The position numbers and the translations under genes are program-made. This document shows, in pieces, positions 11,425 to 23,527 of a DNA stretch of 57,673 nt (positions within the stretch are counted from its first letter, which is position 1; every line of letters begins with the position of its first letter). Below the pieces are notes generated by a model. The model saw only the letters and a program-made list of their open reading frames with translations, did not search any database and was not told where the DNA came from. The DNA is from Octopus bimaculoides. Lineage: Eukaryota. Where the stretch lies: positions 12,293,372 through 12,351,044 of the forward strand of contig NC_069003.1 of NCBI RefSeq assembly GCF_001194135.2. The letters run 5' to 3'.

Positions 11425-11640
11425 TAAGATTTAAAATAAAGGTGGGAGAAGAAGAAGAACAAGAACAAGAAAACGAAGAAAGAAAGAGAAGAAAGAAAGA
11501 AAAGAAGAAATAAAGAAAGAAAGAAAAGAAGAAATAAAGAAAGAAAGAAAAGAAGAAATAAAGAAAGAAAGAAAAGAAGAAAGAAAGAAAAGAAGAAAGA
11601 AAGAAAAGAAGAAGAAGGATAAGAAAATTGGAGAAAAAGA
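11425..11640. repeat. (GAAA/GAA)n tract with a short tandem unit
   Basis: AAAGAAAGAAAGAAAAGAAGAAAT-like unit repeated. Confidence 0.9.
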
Positions 11641-11689
11641 AGGGATGTGTCAGGAGAAGGGGGGGATTTTCATCACTAAAATCATTGCC

Positions 11690-12290
11690 ATCAGTAGCAG
11701 CAGCAGCAGCAGCAACAGGAGATGCTGCAGCATCACCCACCCCACCACCACTGCTATCATCATCACCTTTGTAGTTGTTGTTGTTGTCACCACCGCACCC
11801 ACCTCCACCACCACCTCCATGACCATCGTACTCATCATCATCATCATCATCACCATCATCATCATTGCCATTATCACCCCAACCACCCACACCATNNNNN
11901 NNNNNCCACCTCCACCACCACCTCCATGACCATCGTACTCATCATCATCATCATCATCACCATCATCATCATTGCCATTATCACCCCAACCACCCACACC
12001 ATCATCCCCACCTCCACCCAGTATCATCACCATCATCATTATTATCATCATCATCCTCACCCTCACCCCCACCGCACCCACCTCCACCACCACCTCCATG
12101 ACCATCGTACTCATCATCATCATCATCATCACCATCATCATCATTGCCATTATCACCCCAACCACCCACACCATCATCACCACCTCCACCCAGTATCATC
12201 ACCATCCTCACCCTCACCCCCACCGCTGCCACCGACACCACCGCCATCATCACTGTCGTCGTCGTCGTCATCATTATCATCACAGTGATT
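11690..12290. repeat. (CAT/CAC)n cryptic microsatellite with a triplicated ~120-bp unit
   Basis: CCACCTCCATGACCATCGTACTCATCATC...CCCCAACCACCCACACCAT occurs three times. Confidence 0.9.
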
Positions 12291-12579
12291 TTGACAAATG
12301 AATTCTGCTGGCTGTCTTAGTAATCAATGACTGCACTGTATTGATGACTTGTTGCTGAAAGGACGAGGTATTGACTAATGGAAGCGAGGGAGGAGACAGA
12401 GGATGTTTTGGTGCGAAGTGTGCGGGGGTGGGGTGGGGCGTCAAGGCAGGTTTCAAATGTCAGAATAGATGACTACATGGAACTTTACCACAGTTGGAAT
12501 ACTTCTGGCCCTTTCTCACCCCCAACCCTCCCACACACATACACAAACACACACATACACGTAAGCATGTACACATCAT

Positions 12580-12705
12580 AATTTAATGTCCCCTCTTTCC
12601 ATGCCAGCATAGGTTTGACATTTCGACATGAATTGACCTGTCAGAAGAGGTTACACCAAGTTCCAATGTCTGTTTTGACATGGTTTCTATGACTGGACAT
12701 CTTTC
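12580..12705 (-). mobile_element. RTE 3' UTR fragment (family C, diverged)
   Basis: TTTCCATGCCAGCATAGGTTTGAC...GGTTTCTATGACTGGA motifs. Confidence 0.55.
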
Positions 12706-12712
12706 CTTATAC

Positions 12713-12918
12713 TCTTTTACTTGTTTCAGTCATTTGACTGCGGCCATGCTGGAGCACCGCCCTTTTTAGTCGAGCAAATCGACCCCGGGACTTTTTCTTT
12801 GGAAGCCTAGTACTTATTCTATCGGTCTCTTTTGCCGAATTGCTAAGTTACGGGGACCTAAACACACCAGCATCGGTTGTCAAGCGATGTTGGGGGACAA
12901 ACACAGACACACAAATAC
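12713..12918 (-). mobile_element. SINE family B 3' half (little diverged)
   Basis: CTTGTTTCAGTCATTTGACTGCGGCCATGCTGGAGCACCGCC...GTCAAGCGATG; ends at an N gap. Confidence 0.9.
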
Positions 12919-13709
12919 ANNNNNNNNNNNNNNNNNNNNNNNNNNNNNNNNNNNNNNNNNNNNNNNNNNNNNNNNNNNNNNNNNNNNNNNNNNNNNNNNN
13001 NNNNNNNNNNNNNNNNNNNNNNNNNNNNNNNNNNNNNNNNNNNNNNNNNNNNNNNNNNNNNNNNNNNNNNNNNNNNNNNNNNNNNNNNNNNNNNNNNNNN
13101 NNNNNNNNNNNNNNNNNNNNNNNNNNNNNNNNNNNNNNNNNNNNNNNNNNNNNNNNNNNNNNNNNNNNNNNNNNNNNNNNNNNNNNNNNNNNNNNNNNNN
13201 NNNNNNNNNNNNNNNNNNNNNNNNNNNNNNNNNNNNNNNNNNNNNNNNNNNNNNNNNNNNNNNNNNNNNNNNNNNNNNNNNNNNNNNNNNNNNNNNNNNN
13301 NNNNNNNNNNNNNNNNNNNNNNNNNNNNNNNNNNNNNNNNNNNNNNNNNNNNNNNNNNNNNNNNNNNNNNNNNNNNNNNNNNNNNNNNNNNNNAAAGTAC
13401 CCACTACACAGAGTGTACTACCACTTGCCAGGATTGTATTTGATATGTAAAATGGTCTATTCAATAGTGTTATACCATTAAAATTAATGGCTATTTAAGC
13501 AACGTATTTATGAATAATTAATGGATTGGATGTGGTACTGAAGGAAGAGCAATAACTCTTGAAATGTGCATATACACCCATTACCTTTCAATCACATTGT
13601 TTACATAGACGTATTCATATACAAAACATTATAACTTTCAGAGCTAGCTCTAAATTCTATAGAAAATCTGTAGAGATAAACTTAAAAATACATAGATACA
13701 TATAAGTAC

Positions 13710-13749
<40 letters not shown>

Positions 13750-13762
13750 GTGTGTGTGTCTG

Positions 13763-13796
<34 letters not shown>

Positions 13797-13802
13797 AATA
13801 TT

Positions 13803-14035
13803 CTTTTATTCTTTTATACTTGTTTCAGTCATCCAACTGTGGCCATGCTGGAGAACCACCTTAAAGAGTTTTAGATGAAGAAATTGACCTCAGGACTTAT
13901 TTCTTGTAAGCCTAGTACTTATTCTATTGGACTATTTTGCTGAACAACTAAGTTACGAGGAGGTAAACACACCAAGATTGGTTGTCAAGTGACGGTGGGG
14001 AAACAAATACAGACACAAAGACACAGAAACATAAA

Positions 14036-14071
<36 letters not shown>

Positions 14072-14269
14072 CATATACACACATGCCACACACACACACG
14101 CCACACACACACACGCCACACACACACACATACACACACACAAAGGGTTTCTTTCAATCTCTATCTACCAAATCCATTCACAAGACTTTGGTGAGCCCAA
14201 GGCTATAAAAGAAGGCACTTGCCCAATGTGCCGTGTAGTATGGCTGAACCCAGAACCATTTGGTTGGGA
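13803..14269 (-). mobile_element. SINE family B, near full length with internal (CA/TA)n
   Basis: Both halves of the family B consensus present. Confidence 0.85.
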
Positions 14270-14970
14270 NNNNNNNNNNNNNNNNNNNNNNNNNNNNNNN
14301 NNNNNNNNNNNNNNNNNNNNNNNNNNNNNNNNNNNNNNNNNNNNNNNNNNNNNNNNNNNNNNNNNNNNNNNNNNNNNNNNNNNNNNNNNNNNNNNNNNNN
14401 NNNNNNNNNNNNNNNNNNNNNNNNNNNNNNNNNNNNNNNNNNNNNNNNNNNNNNNNNNNNNNNNNNNNNNNNNNNNNNNNNNNNNNNNNNNNNNNNNNNN
14501 NNNNNNNNNNNNNNNNNNNNNNNNNNNNNNNNNNNNNNNNNNNNNNNNNNNNNNNNNNNNNNNNNNNNNNNNNNNNNNNNNNNNNNNNNNNNNNNNNNNN
14601 NNNNNNNNNNNNNNNNNNNNNNNNNNNNNNNNNNNNNNNNNNNNNNNNNNNNNNNNNNNNNNNNNNNNNNNNNNNNNNNNNNNNNNNNNNNNNNNNNNNN
14701 NNNNNNNNNNNNNNNNNNNNNNNNNNNNNNNNNNNNNNNNNNNNNNNNNNNNNNNNNNNNNNNNNNNNNNNNNNNNNNNNNNNNNNNNNNNNNNNNNNNN
14801 NNNNNNNNNNNNNNNNNNNNNNNNNNNNNNNNNNNNNNNNNNNNNNNNNNNNNNNNNNNNNNNNNNNNNNNNNNNNNNNNNNNNNNNNNNNNNNNNNNNN
14901 NNNNNNNNNNNNNNNNNNNNNNNNNNNNNNNNNNNNNNNNNNNNNNNNNNNNNNNNNNNNNNNNNNATGA

Positions 14971-15016
<46 letters not shown>

Positions 15017-15093
15017 TTGAGTACAGCTACCCATCACTTGACTATAACTTGGTAATACAGTATACCAATTTGTACTATACCTTCACTAATCGT

Positions 15094-15657
15094 TTAACTC
15101 TTTAGCATTTAGACTGGCCATATCCAGTCTAAATATTCTTCCTGTTCTATTTTCAAATCAGCCAGATGCAGCCCATCCTACACTGTCCTAAAAATATGCA
15201 ATCACATGACTGAAATCTCAAAGCTACAAGATAATGTATGATTAATTCAGACAATGTGAATAGATAAGCATTTCATTTGACAGGAGTGAAGGTGTGTGGC
15301 TTAGTGGTTAAGGTATTTGGCTTAGGATTGTAGGGTTGTGAGTTCAGTTCATGGCAATGCATTGTGTCCTTGAGCAAGACACTTTATTTCATGTTGTTCC
15401 ATTCCACTCAGCTGGCAAAAATGAGTAGCACCTGTATTTCAAAGGGGCCAGCCTTGTCACACTCTGTGTCACACTGAATCTCCCAGAGAACTACATTTAG
15501 GGTACACGTATCTGTGGAATACTCAGCCACTTGCATGTTAATTCCATGAGCAGGCTGTTCTGTTGATCATATCAGCTGGAATCCTTGTTGTTGTAACCGA
15601 TGGAGTGTCAGTAGTAGTAGTACATTTGACAGGGGAGTCTGAATGCTAAAGGATTAA
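15094..15657. mobile_element. TTAA-flanked MITE (piggyBac-like termini) carrying a SINE insertion
   Basis: TTAACTCTTTAGCATT ... AATGCTAAAGGATTAA termini; reverse-complement homologue of 41527-41754. Confidence 0.8.
15285..15622 (+). mobile_element. SINE family D (tRNA-derived head, CORE-like central box) with TSD
   Basis: TGGCTTAGTGG A-box, GAGTTCAGTTC B-box-like, GTGTCCTTGAGCAAGACACTTT box, (GTA)n tail; 11-bp TSD CATTTGACAGG at 15274-15284 and 15623-15633. Confidence 0.85.
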
Positions 15658-15689
15658 AGAGGGGGTGACCTTATGCTATGAAAGAAAAA

Positions 15690-16084
15690 GGGCTGGAATG
15701 GAACAGATTTCTTGCCAAAGTGGACTGGTATGGGTTGGATGGTTTGGCAGGAGGTGGCCAGCCTGGGAGCTGTCCACACTCCAGTTGTCATTTTGGCATG
15801 GTTTCTATGGCTGGATGCCTTTCCTAACACCAACCACTTTACATTTACTTTCAACTATGATGATATATCATCATTGTCATCATCATCGTCATCGTTATCA
15901 TTCAATGTCCATCTTCCATGCTGGCATAAGTTGGACCACACACATATGTACATAGATACATATATGCCACATAAAAGCACCCATGCTGGTGCTGTGTCAA
16001 GGCACCCAGTACACTCTGTAAAGTGGTTGACATTAGAAAGGGCATCCAACTGTAGAAACCATGCCAAAACAGACATGGCCAGGC
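15690..16084. mobile_element. Cluster of RTE 3' UTR fragments (family C) in both orientations
   Basis: 15690-15845 minus, 15875-15945 minus, 15975-16084 plus; shared GGATGCCYTTCCTAA / TTAGAAAGGGCATCC motifs. Confidence 0.65.
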
Positions 16085-16351
16085 NNNNNNNNNNAGCAAT
16101 CCTCAGCTGCACAAAGATATAGAAATTTACTGAAATTTCATTTCAACAGAAGGACATATTTTTGTAACTACATTTAAACAATCCAAGTGGAAAGGTAGAA
16201 TACAAAAAAACATTTTGACCTAGCCAGACCATACAAGCTTTGGATATCCTTGTTGCTTATTTTGATTTTAATCACCTTATTTTGGAATTGTTTGGATAAT
16301 ACCATACTTAATTCTGGTGCCGAAACTTAAGTACCATATTCACCTTGAATC

Positions 16352-16382
<31 letters not shown>

Positions 16383-16402
16383 CACTCTGGGACTTTATCT
16401 AT

Positions 16403-16566
16403 GGTAGTTGGTGTTAGAAACGGCATCCAGCCATAAAAACCATGCCAAGACAGACACAGTAACTTGGAGTAGTCTTCTACATGACCAGCTCCTGTCAAGC
16501 CATCCAACCCATGCCAGCATGGAAAGTGGAGATGATGATGATGATGATGATGAGAATGATCATCAT
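16403..16566 (+). mobile_element. RTE 3' UTR end (family C)
   Basis: GGTGTTAGAAACGGCATCCAGCC...CCATGCCAGCATGGAAAG followed by (GAT)n tail. Confidence 0.75.
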
Positions 16567-16675
16567 CATACATATATATTTTGCTTAGGCATTGTGAGAA
16601 CAAAAAAACCAATGTAGGTAGGACTCAATACACGTACGTTTCAGAACAAAGTGTTTGCTGAGCATGCAGTGGTAA

Positions 16676-16909
16676 TAAGAAAGTGAGATGACAAATGAAT
16701 AAATTCTTATCTTATGAACTTCATTAATTTACAGTTGTTTCTGTTATATGGTGCAGTGGACTCATAGTTGAGTGCCTGAGTAACAACACCTGAAGCTGTA
16801 GCTTCAGTGGAGTACTCCTCTATAAGATCACTGCTTCTTATAGCAGAAACAACTGTAAGCTAATGAAGTTCATAAGATAATCATTTATTCATTTGTCATC
16901 TCTCTTTCT

Positions 16910-16911
<2 letters not shown>
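16676..16911. mobile_element. Fold-back MITE-like element with ~73-bp terminal inverted repeats
   Basis: 16676-16748 is the near reverse complement of 16839-16911; a second partial copy lies at 47975-48066. Confidence 0.75.
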
Positions 16912-16941
<30 letters not shown>

Positions 16942-16946
<5 letters not shown>

Positions 16947-17060
16947 TCAAATTACGATGAACGTAAACAAACAAATGAAGTTTGCTTTGGAAGTGTTGAG
17001 ATGTCTTAGAAAGTTAAAGAAGTGATTTTTAAATTCTCAAATGCAGGATAATGCTAATAA
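16942..17060. repeat. Unclassified dispersed repeat
   Basis: Inverted homologue of 25810-25920 (TTACGATGAA.GTAAACAAA...GTTGAGATGT...TTCTCAAA...GATAATGCTA). Confidence 0.65.
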
Positions 17061-17074
17061 TATAGCCTGAACAG

Positions 17075-17151
17075 GATAAGCTACCCCTATTTTGCAGAAA
17101 AAGTGTTCGTGGCCCGCCAACACTTTTTCTGCAAAATAGGGGTAGCTTATC
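17075..17151. repeat. Perfect 33-bp inverted repeat with an 11-nt spacer
   Basis: GATAAGCTACCCCTATTTTGCAGAAAAAGTGTT-cgtggcccgcc-AACACTTTTTCTGCAAAATAGGGGTAGCTTATC, ending exactly at an N gap. Confidence 0.9.
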
Positions 17152-18300
17152 NNNNNNNNNNNNNNNNNNNNNNNNNNNNNNNNNNNNNNNNNNNNNNNNN
17201 NNNNNNNNNNNNNNNNNNNNNNNNNNNNNNNNNNNNNNNNNNNNNNNNNNNNNNNNNNNNNNNNNNNNNNNNNNNNNNNNNNNNNNNNNNNNNNNNNNNN
17301 NNNNNNNNNNNNNNNGTATATATATGTATGTATGTATGGATGGATGTATGCATGTATATATCTATGATAATAAATACGAAAATGAATTTCTGTGTGTCAG
17401 TGTGTCACACTTTGACCCCCCCCCCTCTCTCACTATTCAACAACACTTCTACTATTCTTCCTGCTGGGGTGAGAGTAATAGTATGCATAGAGATGGTCAG
17501 GGTGTTAGTAGATTGACGGTTGTGATGGTAATGGGGTGATAGTAATAGTATGAGCTGTAGTTGTGATAGAGGCGGAGGCAACGGGAATGATGGTGGTGGT
17601 AGTGGTAGCCGAGGTAGTCAGGAATGACGGTGATAGTAAGCAATGTAAAAGACAGTGGTGGAGGGGAAGGCAGTGAAGTCAAAGGTATTGATGGTGGTGG
17701 CATCAGAAGTCTGAATGGTGTGTGTTTGGCAGTTGTGGTGGAGATGGTGGTGGTACTGGTGATGATGATGGTTGAAAATAATCAACAGAAAGAGAGAGAG
17801 AGAGAGAAAGAAAGAGGTTAGACAGGAAAAAAAAAATTGTACTGATCCCTGAATGGGAAGACAAAAAATGTTGTTTATCATGCAGCTTTGCAATAAGTTC
17901 CAAGTTGACAAATTATGTCATTGTTTTGATGAAAATTGTTCATTGCTTGAAAAATATTGGTCAAGTTAAATACAATTTAATGTGAACTCAATACATGAAG
18001 TGTCATTGTTGGGCCCAAGGGCCCAATGAAGGGCCCTCCATGGGAGACGTCTTAAGAGCTACCTGACAGGGCTGCATTATATTTTCGTTTCTCATTGTGT
18101 TCAACGTTTTTTTGATGTCCTGTACCCATATATGCATGTATGTACAGATATGTATGGATATATGCATATATTTATATATTATTTATATTATTATATATAT
18201 ATAGATATATATAGATGTATATATATACACACACATACACATACACACACACACATATATATAGAGAGAGATAGATAGATAAAGATATATAGATAGGTAT

Positions 18301-18340
<40 letters not shown>

Positions 18341-18712
18341 GCATATATACATATGTATATATACATATATGTATATGTGTGTGTGTGTGTGTGTTTGTAT
18401 ATGTGTATATTCAATTTTCCTTTTTTAATATAATTTTTTTCACCCTCTGATAAAGAAACATTATTAATGTTACTGAATGGCTAGTCACCATTAATTGGTG
18501 AACAACTATTCAGCAGCAAATTAAATTTATCTGTATTATTGGCTCTTTTTATTTTAATTTTTTTTGTTTTTTTTGCTTTACTGTCCTTCTCTACCTCTCA
18601 CTACTACCTTGCTTACTGTTCTAATGAAAGGACAAACTTTAGGAGCAAATAACTATTTGGTTGGCAATTCAATTTGCTCTGCAGCGTACTGACTGAGTTA
18701 TATATGTGTACA

Positions 18713-18745
<33 letters not shown>

Positions 18746-19740
18746 GTATATTTGTGTGTGTGGTTATGGTTAGTTTGTATTATTGTTTGCCAGTGTTATT
18801 AGGTTTTGTTGTTGTTTTTAGTGTTTTTATGTTATTTATTATTGATTTTCTTTTATTTTCGTTTTTCACTTGTAATGCATTTTAAAAGTGCAACTTTAAA
18901 CTGGGTGAGCATCGTAATGGAGTCTAGATCATAGTATAGGTGGTTGTTCGTTGTGGTGATAACAGTGGTAGTGGTGAGAGGCTGTGATTGTAAAGTGGTG
19001 GTGGTATTATAGTAATAGTAGTAGTGATGGTAATAATGATGATGCTAGTGGTGGTGGTGGGCGGATAATAGTGGTAGTAGCAGGAGTGATAATAATGATA
19101 GTGATGATGGTGATGATGGTGGTTGTGGCGGCAGTGGTGGTGGTGGTGGTGGTTGTGGCAGCAGTGGTGGTGGTGGTGGTGGTGGTTGTGGNNNNNNNNN
19201 NNNNNNNNNNNNNNNNNNNNNNNNNNNNNNNNNNNNNNNNNNNNNNNNNNNNNNNNNNNNNNNNNNNNNNNNNNNNNNNNNNNNNNNNNNNNNNNNNNNN
19301 NNNNNNNNNNNNNNNNNNNNNNNNNNNNNNNNNNNNNNNNNNNNNNNNNNNNNNNNNNNNNNNNNNNNNNNNNNNNNNNNNNNNNNNNNNNNNNNNNNNN
19401 NNNNNNNNNNNNNNNNNNNNNNNNNNNNNNNNNNNNNNNNNNNNNNNNNNNNNNNNNNNNNNNNNNNNNNNNNNNNNNNNNNNNNNNNNNNNNNNNNNNN
19501 NNNNNNNNNNNNNNNNNNNNNNNNNNNNNNNNNNNNNNNNNNNNNNNNNNNNNNNNNNNNNNNNNNNNNNNNNNNNNNNNNNNNNNNNNNNNNNNNNNNN
19601 NNNNNNNNNNNNNNNNNNNNNNNNNNNNNNNNNNNNNNNNNNNNNNNNNNNNNNNNNNNNNNNNNNNNNNNNNNNNNNNNNAAGCACCTTTTGGAGTGCG
19701 AGTGCCCTAGGTAGATTGCCTTCATTGCAGCAGTAGGATC

Positions 19741-19893
19741 TATCTTTTATCTTTTATTTGTTTGTCATTAGACTGCAGCCCAGCTGGGGCACCACCTGAA
19801 GAATTTTTAGTTGAATGAATCAACCCCAGTACTTGTTTTGAAAGCCTGGTTCTTATTTTATCGATCTCTTTGCCAAACCACTAAGTTACGGGA
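19741..19893 (-). mobile_element. SINE family B 3' part
   Basis: TTTGTCATTAGACTGCAGCC...CTAAGTTACGGGAC. Confidence 0.75.
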
Positions 19894-19894
19894 C

Positions 19895-20402
19895 AGCGTT
19901 TACATTAGTCTATCAAATGTAAAGCTTATTTATTCACATTGTTTTGAATTATTCATGCATTATCTCATAGCTTTAAGATTTTGGTGAGGTGATTGCTTAT
20001 TTTTAGAATGACTTTGCAGGGTAGGTATGAGAGGCTGGATCTGGCCAGTGTTAACATAAAACAGATAGAATAGTTGGGCTGAATATGGCTAGTTTAAATG
20101 CTAAAGGGTTATAAAGATATTGCAATATATTAGCCGTTAAGAATCTTTCCCTATAACAAAGATGCCAAAAGATTTGTAGAAGTAAGAAAATCCATCTTTA
20201 GTTACCAAGGAAACCCTTTTAAGCCTAATTCAGATTCTGTCAAATGTAATACTTATTTATACACTTCAAGATTTTGATGACATGGTTGTTTACTTTTAGA
20301 ATGACATTGTAGGGTAGGTGTGAGAAGCTGGATCTAGCCAGTTTGAACATAAAATAGGTAGAATATTTGAGCTGAATATGAGTTTAATAACTAAACGATT
20401 AA
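19895..20402. mobile_element. Two adjacent copies of the TTAA-flanked MITE
   Basis: 19895-20112 and ~20215-20402 both carry TCAAATGTAA...TTTAGAATGAC.TTG.AGGGTAGGT.TGAGA.GCTGGATCT.GCCAG; the first ends AAATGCTAAAGGGTTA. Confidence 0.8.
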
Positions 20403-21687
20403 ATTTTCCTCTAGAAGGAATGCATTTAATTATAGAGATAATAACGGATTAACAGATCCATGTCTAGATACTTCTCTTGCGGATGTGGTTAAATTTCAGA
20501 GTTCACACGACTGGGAAGAAGTGATATGATTCGTTGGACTTCATCTTGCAAGCCCAGCCATCCGCCTCTTCAAACAAACTAATCAGTCAGAGTTAGCTGG
20601 AATGTCGTAGGTGGATTGCTTATTTTTATCGACTGCCATTTATTTCATCNNNNNNNNNNNNNNNNNNNNNNNNNNNNNNNNNNNNNNNNNNNNNNNNNNN
20701 NNNNNNNNNNNNNNNNNNNNNNNNNNNNNNNNNNNNNNNNNNNNNNNNNNNNNNNNNNNNNNNNNNNNNNNNNNNNNNNNNNNNNNNNNNNNNNNNNNNN
20801 NNNNNNNNNNNNNNNNNNNNNNNNNNNNNNNNNNNNNNNNNNNNNNNNNNNNNNNNNNNNNNNNNNNNNNNNNNNNNNNNNNNNNNNNNNNNNNNNNNNN
20901 NNNNNNNNNNNNNNNNNNNNNNNNNNNNNNNNNNNNNNNNNNNNNNNNNNNNNNNNNNNNNNNNNNNNNNNNNNNNNNNNNNNNNNNNNNNNNNNNNNNN
21001 NNNNNNNNNNNNNNNNNNNNNNNNNNNNNNNNNNNNNNNNNNNNNNNNNNNNNNNNNNNNNNNNNNNNNNNNNNNNNNNNNNNNNNNNNNNNNNNNNNNN
21101 NNNNNNNNNNNNNNNNNNNNNNNNNNNNNNNNNNNNNNNNNNNNNNNNNNNNNNNNNNNNNNNNNNNNNNNNNNNNNNNNNNNNNNNNNNNNNNNNNNNN
21201 NNNNNNNNNNNNNNNNNNNNNNNNNNNNNNNNNNNNNNNNNNNNNNNNNNNNNNNNNNNNNNNNNNNNNNNNNNNNNNNNNNNNNNNNNNNNNNNNNNNN
21301 NNNNNNNNNNNNNNNNNNNNNNNNNNNNNNNNNNNNNNNNNNNNNNNNNNNNNNNNNNNNNNNNNNNNNNNNNNNNNNNNNNNNNNNNNNNNNNNNNNNN
21401 NNNNNNNNNNNNNNNNNNNNNNNNNNNNNNNNNNNNNNNNNNNNNNNNNCTTTATATTATTGACTCTCAAAGAGATGAAAGACAAAGTTGATCTCAGCAA
21501 GATTTTAATCATCATAATGACTAGTAAGGCCTGCACAGATTAAACATTATAAACAGGTAGTGGGAGGGGTCTATTTACTTTTGGATTGTCTGTGTAGAAT
21601 CAGTGGTGTAAAGTATGCGGGAGGTAGGGAGGATTTGTAGGTTGTGAGAGGAGGAGTGACCACTGCACAGGATGGCCACTTCATATA

Positions 21688-21905
21688 TGAGGTCGTGCTG
21701 AAAAGTTTCTGGCTTTGGGTAAAAGAAAATACAGGAGGATCAGTTAATTATGGTTTTATTCAACATATTCCCTTCTCAGATTCACACACTTATTGCAATG
21801 GTCCTCCAGTTTTTTTTAGCTCTGTAAAAGAACTCAGAAGGTTGGGTCTCCAACCAGGCCTTTCACTATACCCTTAAAGCCAAGAACTTTTCAGTACTTT
21901 CTCCA
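21688..21905. mobile_element. Mariner-type MITE
   Basis: TIRs TGAGGTCGTGCTGAAAAGTTTCTGGCTTT / AAAGCCAAGAACTTTTCAGTACTTTCTCCA flanked by TA; a partial related end at ~37835-37865. Confidence 0.75.
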
Positions 21906-22069
21906 TATGTGTTTCCTCTAATGGAAAGTGTGTTACATTTAAGGAAGAGAGCAGCCAATGTTTCTACTGCACAGGGCAGCCAAAATCCACACTACATTAC
22001 TGTGAAGAACTGAACAGTTTTTGAACTTAGAATCTAAAGGACTATAACTCAACACCACAAGGTATTTTT

Positions 22070-22200
22070 GAGCAAATGCCTTGTGGTATTTCTTCCAACT
22101 CTTTCTTTGCATTCAAGATTCAAATCTTACTGAAGTCAACTTTGTCTTTCATCTCTACAGGAGTCAATAATAGAAAGACCCTGTTGAGTGCTGGAGCTGA
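22070..22200 (+). mobile_element. SINE family A (strongly diverged)
   Basis: GATTCAAATC...GTCAACTTTGTCTTTCATC. Confidence 0.6.
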
Positions 22201-23486
22201 TGCCATTCACAGGACCACAAGACCCCCTCCCTTCAAAACTTGTGATTTTGTGCCTTATTTAGAAACAGTTTTGTGAGCACCACTAATTCTACCATCTCCT
22301 TGTCACTGCATATTTTAATCCCTTTTAAAATCTCGTCCCTTTCTAACTCACAACTAAGTTGGCTTACTTTCATAAAGCTCACAGTAGTTCTAGTTCTAGT
22401 TTATTTATAGTTCCTCTCTTTATTCTCTTAGCTATTTTAATCCTTTGTTAATATTCAAACCAAGCCTTGGTTTTTTTTTATCAATGNNNNNNNNNNNNNN
22501 NNNNNNNNNNNNNNNNNNNNNNNNNNNNNNNNNNNNNNNNNNNNNNNNNNNNNNNNNNNNNNNNNNNNNNNNNNNNNNNNNNNNNNNNNNNNNNNNNNNN
22601 NNNNNNNNNNNNNNNNNNNNNNNNNNNNNNNNNNNNNNNNNNNNNNNNNNNNNNNNNNNNNNNNNNNNNNNNNNNNNNNNNNNNNNNNNNNNNNNNNNNN
22701 NNNNNNNNNNNNNNNNNNNNNNNNNNNNNNNNNNNNNNNNNNNNNNNNNNNNNNNNNNNNNNNNNNNNNNNNNNNNNNNNNNNNNNNNNNNNNNNNNNNN
22801 NNNNNNNNNNNNNNNNNNNNNNNNNNNNNNNNNNNNNNNNNNNNNNNNNNNNNNNNNNNNNNNNNNNNNNNNNNNNNNNNNNNNNNNNNNNNNNNNNNNN
22901 NNNNNNNNNNNNNNNNNNNNNNNNNNNNNNNNNNNNNNNNNNNNNNNNNNNNNNNNNNNNNNNNNNNNNNNNNNNNNNNNNNNNNNNNNNNNNNNNNNNN
23001 NNNNNNNNNNNNNNNNNNNNNNNNNNNNNNNNNNNNNNNNNNNNNNNNNNNNNNNNNNNNNNNNNNNNNNNNNNNNNNNNNNNNNNNNNNNNNNNNNNNN
23101 NNNNNNNNNNNNNNNNNNNNNNNNNNNNNNNNNNNNNNNNNNNNNNNNNNNNNNNNNNNNNNNNNNNNNNNNNNNNNNNNNNNNNNNNNNNNNNNNNNNN
23201 NNNNNNNNNNNNNNNNNNNNNNNNNNNNNNNNNNNNNNNNNNNNNNNNNNNNNNNNNNNNNNNNNNNNNNNNNNNNNNNNNNNNNNNNNNNNNNNNNNNN
23301 NNNNNNNNNNNNNNNNNNNNNNNNNNNNNNNNNNNNNNNNNNNNNNNNNNNNNNNNNNNNNNNNNNNNNNNNNNNNNNNNNNNNNNNNNNNNNNNNNNNN
23401 NNNNNNNNNNNNNNNNNNNNNNNNNNNNNNNNNNNNNNNNNNNNNNNNNNNNNNNNNNNNNNNNNNNNNNNNNNNNNNNNNNNNNN

Positions 23487-23527
<41 letters not shown>

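Noticed and set aside
11258-11890. 210-aa minus-strand ORF with acidic, Gly-rich and hydrophobic blocks
   Set aside because: Mostly microsatellite and purine-tract sequence; the non-repetitive part has no recognisable homology.
12421-12445. G-quadruplex candidate
   Set aside because: Only three G-runs of 3 or more in range.
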